From assembly GCA_963665815.1 (NCBI GenBank), contig OY762463.1:3264001-3328000 (forward strand): 64,000 bases of DNA, given 5' to 3'. The notes under the pieces were generated by a model that was not told the DNA's origin, searched no databases, and was given only the letters and a program-made list of their open reading frames with translations. This DNA comes from Candidatus Cloacimonadales bacterium. Its GTDB lineage: Bacteria > Cloacimonadota > Cloacimonadia > Cloacimonadales > JAIOQZ01. Of the stretch, positions 29,850 to 38,651 are shown one piece after another (position 1 is the first letter of the stretch; each line of letters begins with the position of its first letter). Both the position numbers and the translations under genes were made by a program.

Positions 29850-30443
29850 ATACGAATAAGAAGGGGAAAAGCAAAAACTAAAGCTGTTATCCCAAAAGAA
29901 AGAATTAACGAACAGATCAATGTTCAGGAAGTAAGACTTATTGATGAAAACAACGCTCAGGTTGGTGTTGTAGATATCAAAGAAGCATTGAAAAGAGCTT
30001 CAATTGCGAAACTCGACCTTGTTGAAGTGTCACCGAATGCAAAGCCACCGGTATGTAAGATACTGGATTTTGGAAAATATCATTATCAAAAAGAAAGAAA
30101 GGCTCGTGATGCCAAGAAAAAGCAGCATACTATGCAGCTTAAAGAAATTAAATTCGGACCAAATACTGAAGAGCATGACTATCAGTTTAAGCTGAAGAAC
30201 ACTTACAAATTCCTCAAACATCACGATAAGGTAAAACTTACCGTACGCTTCCGAGGAAGACAGCTTGCTCACAAAGAACTAGGTTATAATGTACTAAATA
30301 AGCTGAAAGAAGATCTAAAGGAAATTGCTGATGTAGATAAGGATATTTCTAACGAAGCAAGAACAATTTCCATGATTCTGTCCCCAAAAAATAATATCGA
30401 CAAAGTTATTGAAGCCTGGGCTGAAGAACATATAGAAAATTAA
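29850..30443 (+). CDS. infC: Translation initiation factor IF-3 (non-canonical ATA start)
   Basis: Frame extends upstream of the tracked TTG to include RINEQI..EVRLID. AAGGAGGT SD at 29835-29842 is followed by in-frame ATA at 29847 and 29850. Confidence 0.92.
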   Translation: MRIRRGKAKTKAVIPKERINEQINVQEVRLIDENNAQVGVVDIKEALKRASIAKLDLVEVSPNAKPPVCKILDFGKYHYQKERKARDAKKKQHTMQLKEIKFGPNTEEHDYQFKLKNTYKFLKHHDKVKLTVRFRGRQLAHKELGYNVLNKLKEDLKEIADVDKDISNEARTISMILSPKNNIDKVIEAWAEEHIEN

Positions 30444-30491
30444 TATAAAAATAAAGATAACATTCGAATATTGAACCGGAAGGAGGTACGA

Positions 30492-30686
30492 ATGCCTAAA
30501 ATGAAGACTAGAAGAGGAGCAGCTAAAAGATTCAAGCTGACCGGAACTGGAAAACTGAAAAGAAACCATGCTAACCATGGGCACATTCTCACCAAGAAAA
30601 CCAGAAAGAGAAAGAAATTCCTGCAAAAAGCAGATTTGGTAGCAACTGCGGATATGCCACGCGTACGCAAAATGCTCGGATTATAA
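30492..30686 (+). CDS. rpmI: 50S ribosomal protein L35
   Basis: [30 protein letters not shown]. Confidence 0.97.
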   Translation: MPKMKTRRGAAKRFKLTGTGKLKRNHANHGHILTKKTRKRKKFLQKADLVATADMPRVRKMLGL

Positions 30687-30722
30687 TACTGAAACAGAAT
30701 TGATTAAGAAAAGGAGAATACT

Positions 30723-31082
30723 ATGCCACGTTCGGTAAATAATGTTGCCCATAAGCAAAGAAAGAAAAAATACCTCAAGGCTGCCAAAGGTTACGTTGGT
30801 GGAAGAAGTAAATTATATGAAACAGCTCGTCAAGCCGTAGAAAAAGGCTGGCTCTATGCGTATCGCGATAGAAAAGCGAAAAAGAGAGAATTCAGGAAGT
30901 TATGGATTATCAGAATTAACGCCGGCGCAAGACTTAACGGTTTATCATACAGCAAATTAATGAATGGTTTACATAAAGCTGAAGTTGATGTGGACAGAAA
31001 AGTTCTGGCTCACCTTGCAGCACATGAACCTGAAGCATTTGCAAAATTCTGTGATATTGCTAAAGAACAATTATCTAATTAA
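30723..31082 (+). CDS. rplT: 50S ribosomal protein L20
   Basis: AKGY.G, YAYRDRK and [11 protein letters not shown] motifs. Confidence 0.97.
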   Translation: MPRSVNNVAHKQRKKKYLKAAKGYVGGRSKLYETARQAVEKGWLYAYRDRKAKKREFRKLWIIRINAGARLNGLSYSKLMNGLHKAEVDVDRKVLAHLAAHEPEAFAKFCDIAKEQLSN

Positions 31083-31134
31083 GACTTGCAAAAGTCTCTA
31101 ATTTAATTCTTAAAATAATATTACAGGGGATACC

Positions 31135-32154
31135 GTGAATACAAAAATACAGGAAATGATAAAAGCAGCTGAAACTGAAATCAATTCCGCAGATAATATC
31201 CATGATCTCATGCAGGTGAAATCAAGACATCTTGGAAAAAAGAGTGCGATTTCATCTCTCATGAGTGAAATGGGTAAGTTGGATAAATCAGAAAGACCTG
31301 CTTTTGGAAAAATGGTTAATGAAGCCAAAAAAGCAGTAGAGGAAATTCTTAAGAATCGTGAAAAATTCATTAAGGAAAACGAATACGAATCATCACTCGT
31401 AAAAGACAGTATTGATATTACCATGCCCGGCAGAAGACAGATGATCGGAGCATTGCATCCTATAACACAAGCCTTCAGAATTGTTGAGAATGTACTTATT
31501 GAAATGGGTTTTGAAGTTGCAGAAGGTTTTGATGTTGAAGATGAATATCATAATTTTGATGCTCTGAATACTCCGCAGGATCACCCTGCCCGTGAATTAT
31601 CCGATACATTCTATATCACAGATAATACACTGCTCAGAACTCAGACATCTACTGTTCAGATCAGAGTGATGGAAAAATTCGCACCTCCTATCTACATCAT
31701 CTCCCCCGGAAGATGCTATAGAAACGATAACGATGCTTCTCATTCCCCTGCCTTTCACCAGATTGAAGCACTGGTAATAGATGAAGGTATATCATTTATT
31801 GATCTGCGTGATTTCCTGAACATTTTTGTTAAAAAACTATTTGGAAATAATATAGAATCCCGAATCAGACCTCATTTCTTTCCATTTACAGAACCAAGTG
31901 CAGAAATTGATATGCAATGTGTAAAATGCGGTGGAAAGGGTTGTAATGTCTGTAAAAACAGTGGTTGGCTGGAACTTGGCGGAACCGGAATGGTTGACCC
32001 TAACGTTCTCGAAGCTGTTGGAATTGACAGTGAAAAATATACCGGCTATGCTTTTGGACTCGGAGTAGACAGAATAGCTATGCTATTGAATAAAATACCG
32101 GATATGAGACTGTTATTCGAAAATGACATCAGAATGTTAAGACAATTCAGATAA
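31135..32154 (+). CDS. pheS: Phenylalanine-tRNA ligase alpha subunit
   Basis: NFDALN..HPAR, LLRTQTS, FPFTEPS and AFGLGVDR motifs. Confidence 0.97.
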   Translation: MNTKIQEMIKAAETEINSADNIHDLMQVKSRHLGKKSAISSLMSEMGKLDKSERPAFGKMVNEAKKAVEEILKNREKFIKENEYESSLVKDSIDITMPGRRQMIGALHPITQAFRIVENVLIEMGFEVAEGFDVEDEYHNFDALNTPQDHPARELSDTFYITDNTLLRTQTSTVQIRVMEKFAPPIYIISPGRCYRNDNDASHSPAFHQIEALVIDEGISFIDLRDFLNIFVKKLFGNNIESRIRPHFFPFTEPSAEIDMQCVKCGGKGCNVCKNSGWLELGGTGMVDPNVLEAVGIDSEKYTGYAFGLGVDRIAMLLNKIPDMRLLFENDIRMLRQFR

Positions 32155-32166
32155 AGGATTCTAAAA

Positions 32167-34560
32167 ATGAAAATTAGTTATAACTGGCTTAAAGAATATA
32201 TAGATATACAGATTAGTCCGGAAGAATTAGTTGATAGAATGACTTTTGCCGGTATTGAAGTTGAAGCAGTAGAAAAAAAAGGTGAAGATCTTCAGAATAT
32301 TGTTCTGGCGAAGATACTGAAAAAAGACTCACATCCTGATGCAGATAAACTATCTGTCTGTAAGGTATTTGACGGTGTAAACGAGTATCAGGTTGTATGT
32401 GGTGCTCCTAACTGCACCGAGAATAAAGTAGCGGCACTGGCAAAAGTCGGAACTCAGCTTGGTGATATAAAACTTAAAAAAGCTAAAATTCGAGGAGTGC
32501 AGTCATTTGGAATGCTCTGTTCTGAGAAAGAACTGGGTTTATCAGATGACCACGACGGTATTATCATGCTCCCCGAAGATACACCGCTCGGGCAATCAAT
32601 TGCAGATGTGTATAACATCTCAGATACAGTCTATGATGTAGAAATAACCCCTAATCGTCCTGACCTTCTCGGTATGCTTTGTGTTGCCAGAGATCTTTCA
32701 GCCTTAACCGGGCTCCCACTCAAGGAACCTGTTCCTGTGCTGACTGAATCTTCCATACCTGCATCAGAAAAGGTTAAGGTTGTGAATAATGCTCCTGAAA
32801 AATGCACCCGTTATACTGCCAGATATATCGAAGGTGTTAAGATTCAGGAATCCCCGACGTGGCTCAAGGAAAGACTTGAGGCAGTAGGATTAAGACCTGT
32901 CAACAATGTAGTTGATGTAACAAACTTCGTCATGATGGAACTTGGGCATCCGCTTCATGCTTTTGATTATGATAAGCTTGATCAGCATACTATTGTTGTG
33001 AGAACTGCAGCCGATGGGGAAAAAATTACAGCTCTTGATAATAATGAATATACTCTGACAGAAGATGACCTGGTTATTGCTGATGCTGTAAAGCCATCAG
33101 CTATTGCGGGTGTCATAGGTGGAGCCGGTTCTCAGATTACTGAAGAAACAGTAAACATTGTTATTGAATCTGCGAACTTTTCTTATAATACAGTCAGAAG
33201 AACAGGAAACAGATACAAGATATCTACAGATTCATCTTACCGATTCGAAAGAGATATGTCTGATATTAATGCGGAACTTGCAGGAAAAAGAGCTGCTGAA
33301 CTGATTCTTCAGGTAGCAGGCGGAACATTGTACGCAGGATTTGTAGACAGTTATCCTAATCCGCAAGAAACAGTTAACATTAAACTGAGATACAGCAGAA
33401 TCGAACATGTTCTTGGTCTCAAAATCCCTGATGAGGACATTAAAAACTACATCAAGGCACTTGGTTGTAAAATAACAGAAGAAAATGGTGATGATCTCAT
33501 TGTTGAATCTCCACACTTCAGAAAAGATCTGGCACGAGAAATTGATTATATTGAAGAAATAATACGACTTCATGGTTATAATAATGTACCGGTGAAAAAA
33601 GATTACAATCCGGTGATGAACCATACAAAATTTTACCTGAAACGAGAGTTACAGGATCAGATGGTACAGTGCGGTTTCTTTGAAGCTATAAACTGGCCAT
33701 ACTCATCTCCTGATTATCTGAATCAGCTTAAAATTGCAGAAGATGATATCAGAAGAAACAATGTTACGATAAAGAATCCTCTGGGTGCTCAATATTCGAT
33801 TATGCAATCCATGATTCTCCCCAATCTTCTTAAAAACGCTGTTACTAATATTAATAATGGTAATAAAAACGTAAGACTTTTCGAGATGACAAAAGTCTTC
33901 AGCAGATCAAACGACAATACACCTGCACATGAAATACTGGAAATGTGTGGAGTAATGCTGGGCGAAAGCAGTGAAATGTACTGGAAGTCAGAGACTCAAC
34001 CTGTAGATTTTTTTGATATGAAGGGTGTTGTAGAAGATATTTTAAGAAAAACCGCAGAAGCGGAATTCTCTTATGCAGTATCTGTTGAGCCATTCCTGCA
34101 AAAAGGACAGGCGGCAGATGTGTACTATAAAAAGCAAAAAATAGGTTATCTGGGTAAGCTGGATACAAAGATTGCAGAAAGTTTTGATATAGATGAACCG
34201 GTATACTGCATGAATCTTGATGTAGAAATCCTGCTTTCAATCAGAGAACAGAATAAAGCGGAGTTTACTGCTATTCCGCACTTCCCTTCAATAAGCAGGG
34301 ATATATCTTTTGTAGTAGCCAAATCGGTTACAGTAAAAGAAATTATCGATGCCGTAAAGAAGGTAAATCCTAAATTAATCAAGTCTGTAAGTGTTTTTGA
34401 TGACTATCAGGGAAAAGGGATAGAAGACGGTTTCCGTTCACTCAGTTTCAAAATAATATTCCTTTCCGAGACAAAAACCTTGACTGATGGCTATGTTTCT
34501 AAACTTTTCGATAAAATACTGAGTGTTCTCAGAAATAAATTTGAAATAATAATGAGGTAA
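32167..34560 (+). CDS. pheT: Phenylalanine-tRNA ligase beta subunit
   Basis: MKISYNWL, HPDADKL, CGAPN, ITPNRPD and RFER motifs; C-terminal anticodon-binding domain. Confidence 0.97.
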   Translation: MKISYNWLKEYIDIQISPEELVDRMTFAGIEVEAVEKKGEDLQNIVLAKILKKDSHPDADKLSVCKVFDGVNEYQVVCGAPNCTENKVAALAKVGTQLGDIKLKKAKIRGVQSFGMLCSEKELGLSDDHDGIIMLPEDTPLGQSIADVYNISDTVYDVEITPNRPDLLGMLCVARDLSALTGLPLKEPVPVLTESSIPASEKVKVVNNAPEKCTRYTARYIEGVKIQESPTWLKERLEAVGLRPVNNVVDVTNFVMMELGHPLHAFDYDKLDQHTIVVRTAADGEKITALDNNEYTLTEDDLVIADAVKPSAIAGVIGGAGSQITEETVNIVIESANFSYNTVRRTGNRYKISTDSSYRFERDMSDINAELAGKRAAELILQVAGGTLYAGFVDSYPNPQETVNIKLRYSRIEHVLGLKIPDEDIKNYIKALGCKITEENGDDLIVESPHFRKDLAREIDYIEEIIRLHGYNNVPVKKDYNPVMNHTKFYLKRELQDQMVQCGFFEAINWPYSSPDYLNQLKIAEDDIRRNNVTIKNPLGAQYSIMQSMILPNLLKNAVTNINNGNKNVRLFEMTKVFSRSNDNTPAHEILEMCGVMLGESSEMYWKSETQPVDFFDMKGVVEDILRKTAEAEFSYAVSVEPFLQKGQAADVYYKKQKIGYLGKLDTKIAESFDIDEPVYCMNLDVEILLSIREQNKAEFTAIPHFPSISRDISFVVAKSVTVKEIIDAVKKVNPKLIKSVSVFDDYQGKGIEDGFRSLSFKIIFLSETKTLTDGYVSKLFDKILSVLRNKFEIIMR

Positions 34561-34563
34561 ACT

Positions 34564-34887
34564 ATGGAAAGCCAAGTTGTATTATCACTTAATGAAAAAG
34601 TTCAGATTTTAATAGATAAATATAAAAAACTGAAAGACGATTACGATAATCTTAGAATGGAAAAAAATGATCTTGATGAAGCTGTAGCAAATTTGACACA
34701 TACATCACAGCAGCAACAGGAACAAATCCAGAATTTGAACAGTGAAGTTTCAAGCAAGAATCTTGAAATTCAGCAGCTGACATCTGAAAAAACAGCCCTT
34801 CAGGAAAGAGTAAGTTCTCTTGAAGCAAAAACTCAGAATGCTGCATCAAAAATTGATGATATCTTATCACAGATAAACGATCTATAG
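34564..34887 (+). CDS. Coiled-coil protein, ZapB-like
   Basis: Heptad coiled coil located between pheT and zapA. Confidence 0.6.
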   Translation: MESQVVLSLNEKVQILIDKYKKLKDDYDNLRMEKNDLDEAVANLTHTSQQQQEQIQNLNSEVSSKNLEIQQLTSEKTALQERVSSLEAKTQNAASKIDDILSQINDL

Positions 34888-34897
34888 GTAGACATCA

Positions 34898-35164
34898 ATG
34901 AAATCAACCGAAGTTGAGATATTTGGGAGAAAATTCAGGCTTAAGGGAGACGATCCTGACAAAATTAAAGCCTATGCTGATTTTTTGAACCAGCATCTCG
35001 ATTCTCTCCAGTCAAAGATGGAGTTTGTTGATCAGAATAAGCTTCTATCTCTCGGTGCAATAATTGTAACTGAGAAATACTTCAATATGGTTGATCAGAA
35101 TAAAATGCTTATCGAAGAGATAAGAAAATTGAATGAAGTCCTAAACTCTGCACTGCAGTTATAA
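34898..35164 (+). CDS. zapA: Cell division protein ZapA
   Basis: VEIFGRKFRL motif; conserved pheT-zapA-ssrS-rny context. Confidence 0.8.
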   Translation: MKSTEVEIFGRKFRLKGDDPDKIKAYADFLNQHLDSLQSKMEFVDQNKLLSLGAIIVTEKYFNMVDQNKMLIEEIRKLNEVLNSALQL

Positions 35165-35167
35165 ATT

Positions 35168-35339
35168 TTCCTGCGGTATGCGTGATACCCTATTTGTATT
35201 AGAACCTGACATACAATAGGGAGTTGAACAATTTGCGGCGCACAAGCCGGATGCGATCCGGATTTGCAAAGTACACTAAGGGATACACCCACCTTGAAAG
35301 AGGTTCAGAAATATAAATGTTACACGGTACCGCGGGGCA
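35168..35339 (+). ncRNA. ssrS: 6S RNA
   Basis: ~170-nt GC-richer intergenic region between zapA and rny. The ends pair (CCTGCGGTA / TACCGCGGG), and GAACCT pairs with AGGTTC. Synteny is typical. Confidence 0.82.
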
Positions 35340-35368
35340 ATAATAGATTCATGAGGTATAAATAAATT

Positions 35369-36928
35369 ATGAACATACTATTTATTTTGATCGGACTGGT
35401 AGTAGGTCTGGCAGCACCTTTAGCATTCTATTTTGCACGAAAATCAAAAGTTGACAAATTACTTTTTGAATCCCGAGAAACATCTCAGAAAATTATTGAA
35501 GAGGCGCATCAGGAAGCAAAAGTTCTGAAGAAAACTACTGTTTTAGAAGCAAAAGAGGAATGGTATAAGGTAAAGAAGAAGCAAGAAGATGTAATCAATG
35601 ATCGCCAGCGTGAGCTCAGATCATTGGAGCAAAAGTATAATGATCGTTTATCAAATCTTGATAAACGTCTTGACATATTAGATCGTAAAGAACAAAACCT
35701 TTTAAACCTCGAAACGAAAACTCAAGAAAAAGAGAAAAAACTCAATAAAGAAAAACAACAAATTGATGTACTAATTGCCAAACAGGAAGAAGAACTCGCA
35801 AAAATAGCAAACATGACTCGAGAAGAAGCTGTTGAATCCCTTATGAACTCCATGAAGGAAAAAGCTAAGCAGCAGGCGGCAAATGCATGTAAAACAATTA
35901 TTGAAGAAGCAAAAGCTGGTGCTAAAAAAGAAGCATCATCGATTCTGGCGACTGCAGTACAACGCGTTTCCGTAGATTATGTTTCGGAATCAACAGTATC
36001 AGTTGTTTCGTTACCATCAGATGAGATGAAAGGTAGAATCATTGGTAGAGAAGGTAGAAATATCAGATCATTCGAGAAAGCATCCGGTGTAGACTTGATT
36101 ATTGACGATACTCCTGAAGCAGTTGTATTATCCTGTTTCGATTCAGTGAGAAGAGAGATTGCCAGAATAGCTCTGGAAAAACTTATTCTGGACGGAAGAA
36201 TTCACCCGGGACGCATTGAAGAAGTTATTGAAAAGACAAGGCAGGAAATGGATGAAAACATCATGCAGACCGGTGAACAGGCTTGTATGGAAGTAAATGT
36301 TCATAACATTTCTCCTAATATTGTCAAACTTCTAGGTAGACTGCAGTTCAGAACCAGTTATGGACAGAATGTACTTCAGCACAGTATTGAAGCTGCCTGG
36401 GTTGCAGGAATCATTGCAGCTGAACTCGGGCTTGACCAGAAACTTGCAAGAAGAGCAGGATTCCTGCATGACATCGGTAAAGCAATTGACCATGAATTCG
36501 ATGGTTCTCATGCTTCTCTTGGAGCAAATATAGCACGTAAAAACGGTGAAAGTAAAATTATCGTAAATGCTATTGAAGCTCACCATGAGGAAGTAGAGCC
36601 AGCATCAGTCTATGCTGCAATCGTTCAGGCAAGTGATGCTGTTTCCGGTGCTCGTCCTGGAGCAAGAAGAGAAATGCTGGAAACTTACATGCAGCGTCTC
36701 GGAAAACTTGAAGAGATTGCGCAAACCGTTGAAGGCGTTAACAAATCTTACGCAATTCAAGCTGGTAGAGAACTGAGAATCATTGTTGATCCTGTATCTG
36801 TTGATGATTCAAATTCTGTATTTATTGCAAATGATATAGCTGAAAAAATTGAAAAAGAAATGCAGTATCCCGGACAGATAAAAGTTGTTGTTATTCGGGA
36901 AACAAGACAATCTGCACTAGCTAAATAA
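35369..36928 (+). CDS. rny: Ribonuclease Y
   Basis: N-terminal TM, coiled coil, KGRIIGREGRNI (KH), LHDIGK (HD) and IQAGRE motifs. Confidence 0.97.
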   Translation: MNILFILIGLVVGLAAPLAFYFARKSKVDKLLFESRETSQKIIEEAHQEAKVLKKTTVLEAKEEWYKVKKKQEDVINDRQRELRSLEQKYNDRLSNLDKRLDILDRKEQNLLNLETKTQEKEKKLNKEKQQIDVLIAKQEEELAKIANMTREEAVESLMNSMKEKAKQQAANACKTIIEEAKAGAKKEASSILATAVQRVSVDYVSESTVSVVSLPSDEMKGRIIGREGRNIRSFEKASGVDLIIDDTPEAVVLSCFDSVRREIARIALEKLILDGRIHPGRIEEVIEKTRQEMDENIMQTGEQACMEVNVHNISPNIVKLLGRLQFRTSYGQNVLQHSIEAAWVAGIIAAELGLDQKLARRAGFLHDIGKAIDHEFDGSHASLGANIARKNGESKIIVNAIEAHHEEVEPASVYAAIVQASDAVSGARPGARREMLETYMQRLGKLEEIAQTVEGVNKSYAIQAGRELRIIVDPVSVDDSNSVFIANDIAEKIEKEMQYPGQIKVVVIRETRQSALAK

Positions 36929-37705
36929 ATGAAAGTACTCTTTTTTGGTGATGTTTTTGGACGACCCGGCAGACAGGCAGTTCTAAATAATATTGATGAG
37001 CTCAAACAGGAGTTCAAGCCTGATCTTGTAATTGCTAATTGCGAGAATCTTGCATCAGGCAGAGGTGTTACCGAAAAAACAATAAACGCTTTAATTACCG
37101 GAGGTGTAGATTACTTCACCTCTGGTAATCATTTATGGGATAGAAAAGAGTCTTATTATTTTCTTCAGATAGAACAGAGAATATGCAAACCTATGAACTT
37201 TCCGGAAGAAGCTCTTGGATTCTCATACATAGAACACAAAATCAGTGAAGACAAAACAATGTATATTGTCACTATGACCGGTCAGGCCTTCATGAGCAGC
37301 TGTGATTCACCATTTCATGTACTCGACAAATTTATTGAGGAAAAGGGTGATGCTTTGTATTTCGTTGATTTTCATGCTGAATCTACTGCAGAGAAGAAAG
37401 CATTTGCATTGCATTTTGATGGAAGAGTAAGTGCTGTTATCGGTACACACACTCATGTACAGACTGCCGATGAAATAATTTTACCTGGTGGTACAGCTTT
37501 TATTACTGATGCTGGAATGACTGGACCTCATGATTCTGTGATAGGCGTGAAAAAGGAGATTATTCTGGAAAAAATGTTAACCGGTATGCCCAAAAGACAT
37601 CAGGTTGCCGATAATGATCTGACAGTAAATGCTGTGATTCTTGATATTGATATTGACAATTTTAAGGCAGTGTCAATATCAAGAATATACAGAAAGGTTA
37701 GTTAA
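36929..37705 (+). CDS. ymdB: YmdB/TIGR00282 metallophosphoesterase
   Basis: GDVFGRPG, NCEN, SGNH, DFHAESTAEK and GTHTHV motifs. Confidence 0.9.
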   Translation: MKVLFFGDVFGRPGRQAVLNNIDELKQEFKPDLVIANCENLASGRGVTEKTINALITGGVDYFTSGNHLWDRKESYYFLQIEQRICKPMNFPEEALGFSYIEHKISEDKTMYIVTMTGQAFMSSCDSPFHVLDKFIEEKGDALYFVDFHAESTAEKKAFALHFDGRVSAVIGTHTHVQTADEIILPGGTAFITDAGMTGPHDSVIGVKKEIILEKMLTGMPKRHQVADNDLTVNAVILDIDIDNFKAVSISRIYRKVS

Positions 37706-38551
37706 ATGTTAGAACTCAAGGGAATTAAGGTTTCCAGAAAGATAATTAAAGATATTAAAGAACAGATTGCTGCTGAGAATCTTACACCATATTTGACAAT
37801 TCTCATTGCCGGTGAAGACCCTGCGTCTCACTATTATGCTGATAGTGTCAGGAAGAAAGGTGACAAAGTAGGCATCAAAGTTGACATTAGAAAATTTTCT
37901 GTTGACACTCCACAGGAAGAATTCTGTAATTACCTGAAAAAATGTAATGAAGATTCAGTTGTTGATGCAATAATGATTCAGAAACCACTGCCCCTAGGCT
38001 GGGATGATTCTTATGTATCTTCGCTGATAAATCCTGCAAAGGATGTAGATGGGATAAATCCTTTGAATGCCGGTTTAATGGTAACAGGACAGGATTGTTT
38101 TCTACCCTGTACTGCTGAGGCATCAATTGAGATTTTAAGACATTTTGAAATAGCGACTGAAGGTAAAAAAGCGGTTGTTATCGGTAGAAGCAACGTTATT
38201 GGAAAGCCGGTTGCTATATTATTGTTATCTAAGCAGGAAAATGCGACTGTTACTATCTGCCATAGCAGAACAGCAGACATTGCTTCCGAAATAAAATCTG
38301 CAGATATTATTATTGCAGCGATAGGCAAGGCTGAATTTGTTAAAGAAGAAATGATAAAAAAAGATGCGGTAATAATCGATGTCGGAATCAATGAGATTAT
38401 CAAAGACGGAAAATCCGAATATGTCGGAGACGTTGATTATGCAGATTGTTCGAAGGCTGCTTCGGCAATAACACCAGTTCCGGGAGGAGTTGGAACAGTA
38501 ACAACAGCAGTATTGCTCAAACACGTATTAAAGGCTTGTAAAAATAAATAA
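37706..38551 (+). CDS. folD: Bifunctional methylenetetrahydrofolate dehydrogenase/cyclohydrolase
   Basis: KDVDG, PCTA, GRSNVIGKP, DVGIN and TPVPGGVG motifs. Confidence 0.95.
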   Translation: MLELKGIKVSRKIIKDIKEQIAAENLTPYLTILIAGEDPASHYYADSVRKKGDKVGIKVDIRKFSVDTPQEEFCNYLKKCNEDSVVDAIMIQKPLPLGWDDSYVSSLINPAKDVDGINPLNAGLMVTGQDCFLPCTAEASIEILRHFEIATEGKKAVVIGRSNVIGKPVAILLLSKQENATVTICHSRTADIASEIKSADIIIAAIGKAEFVKEEMIKKDAVIIDVGINEIIKDGKSEYVGDVDYADCSKAASAITPVPGGVGTVTTAVLLKHVLKACKNK

Positions 38552-38651
38552 ACGTAAATATTAGCTGAATATATGAACCCTGTCATATTTTTTATTGACA
38601 ATATGTCTTGTGAAAGACTTCATTGTATCAGTTATTATTGTGGAGGAATAT

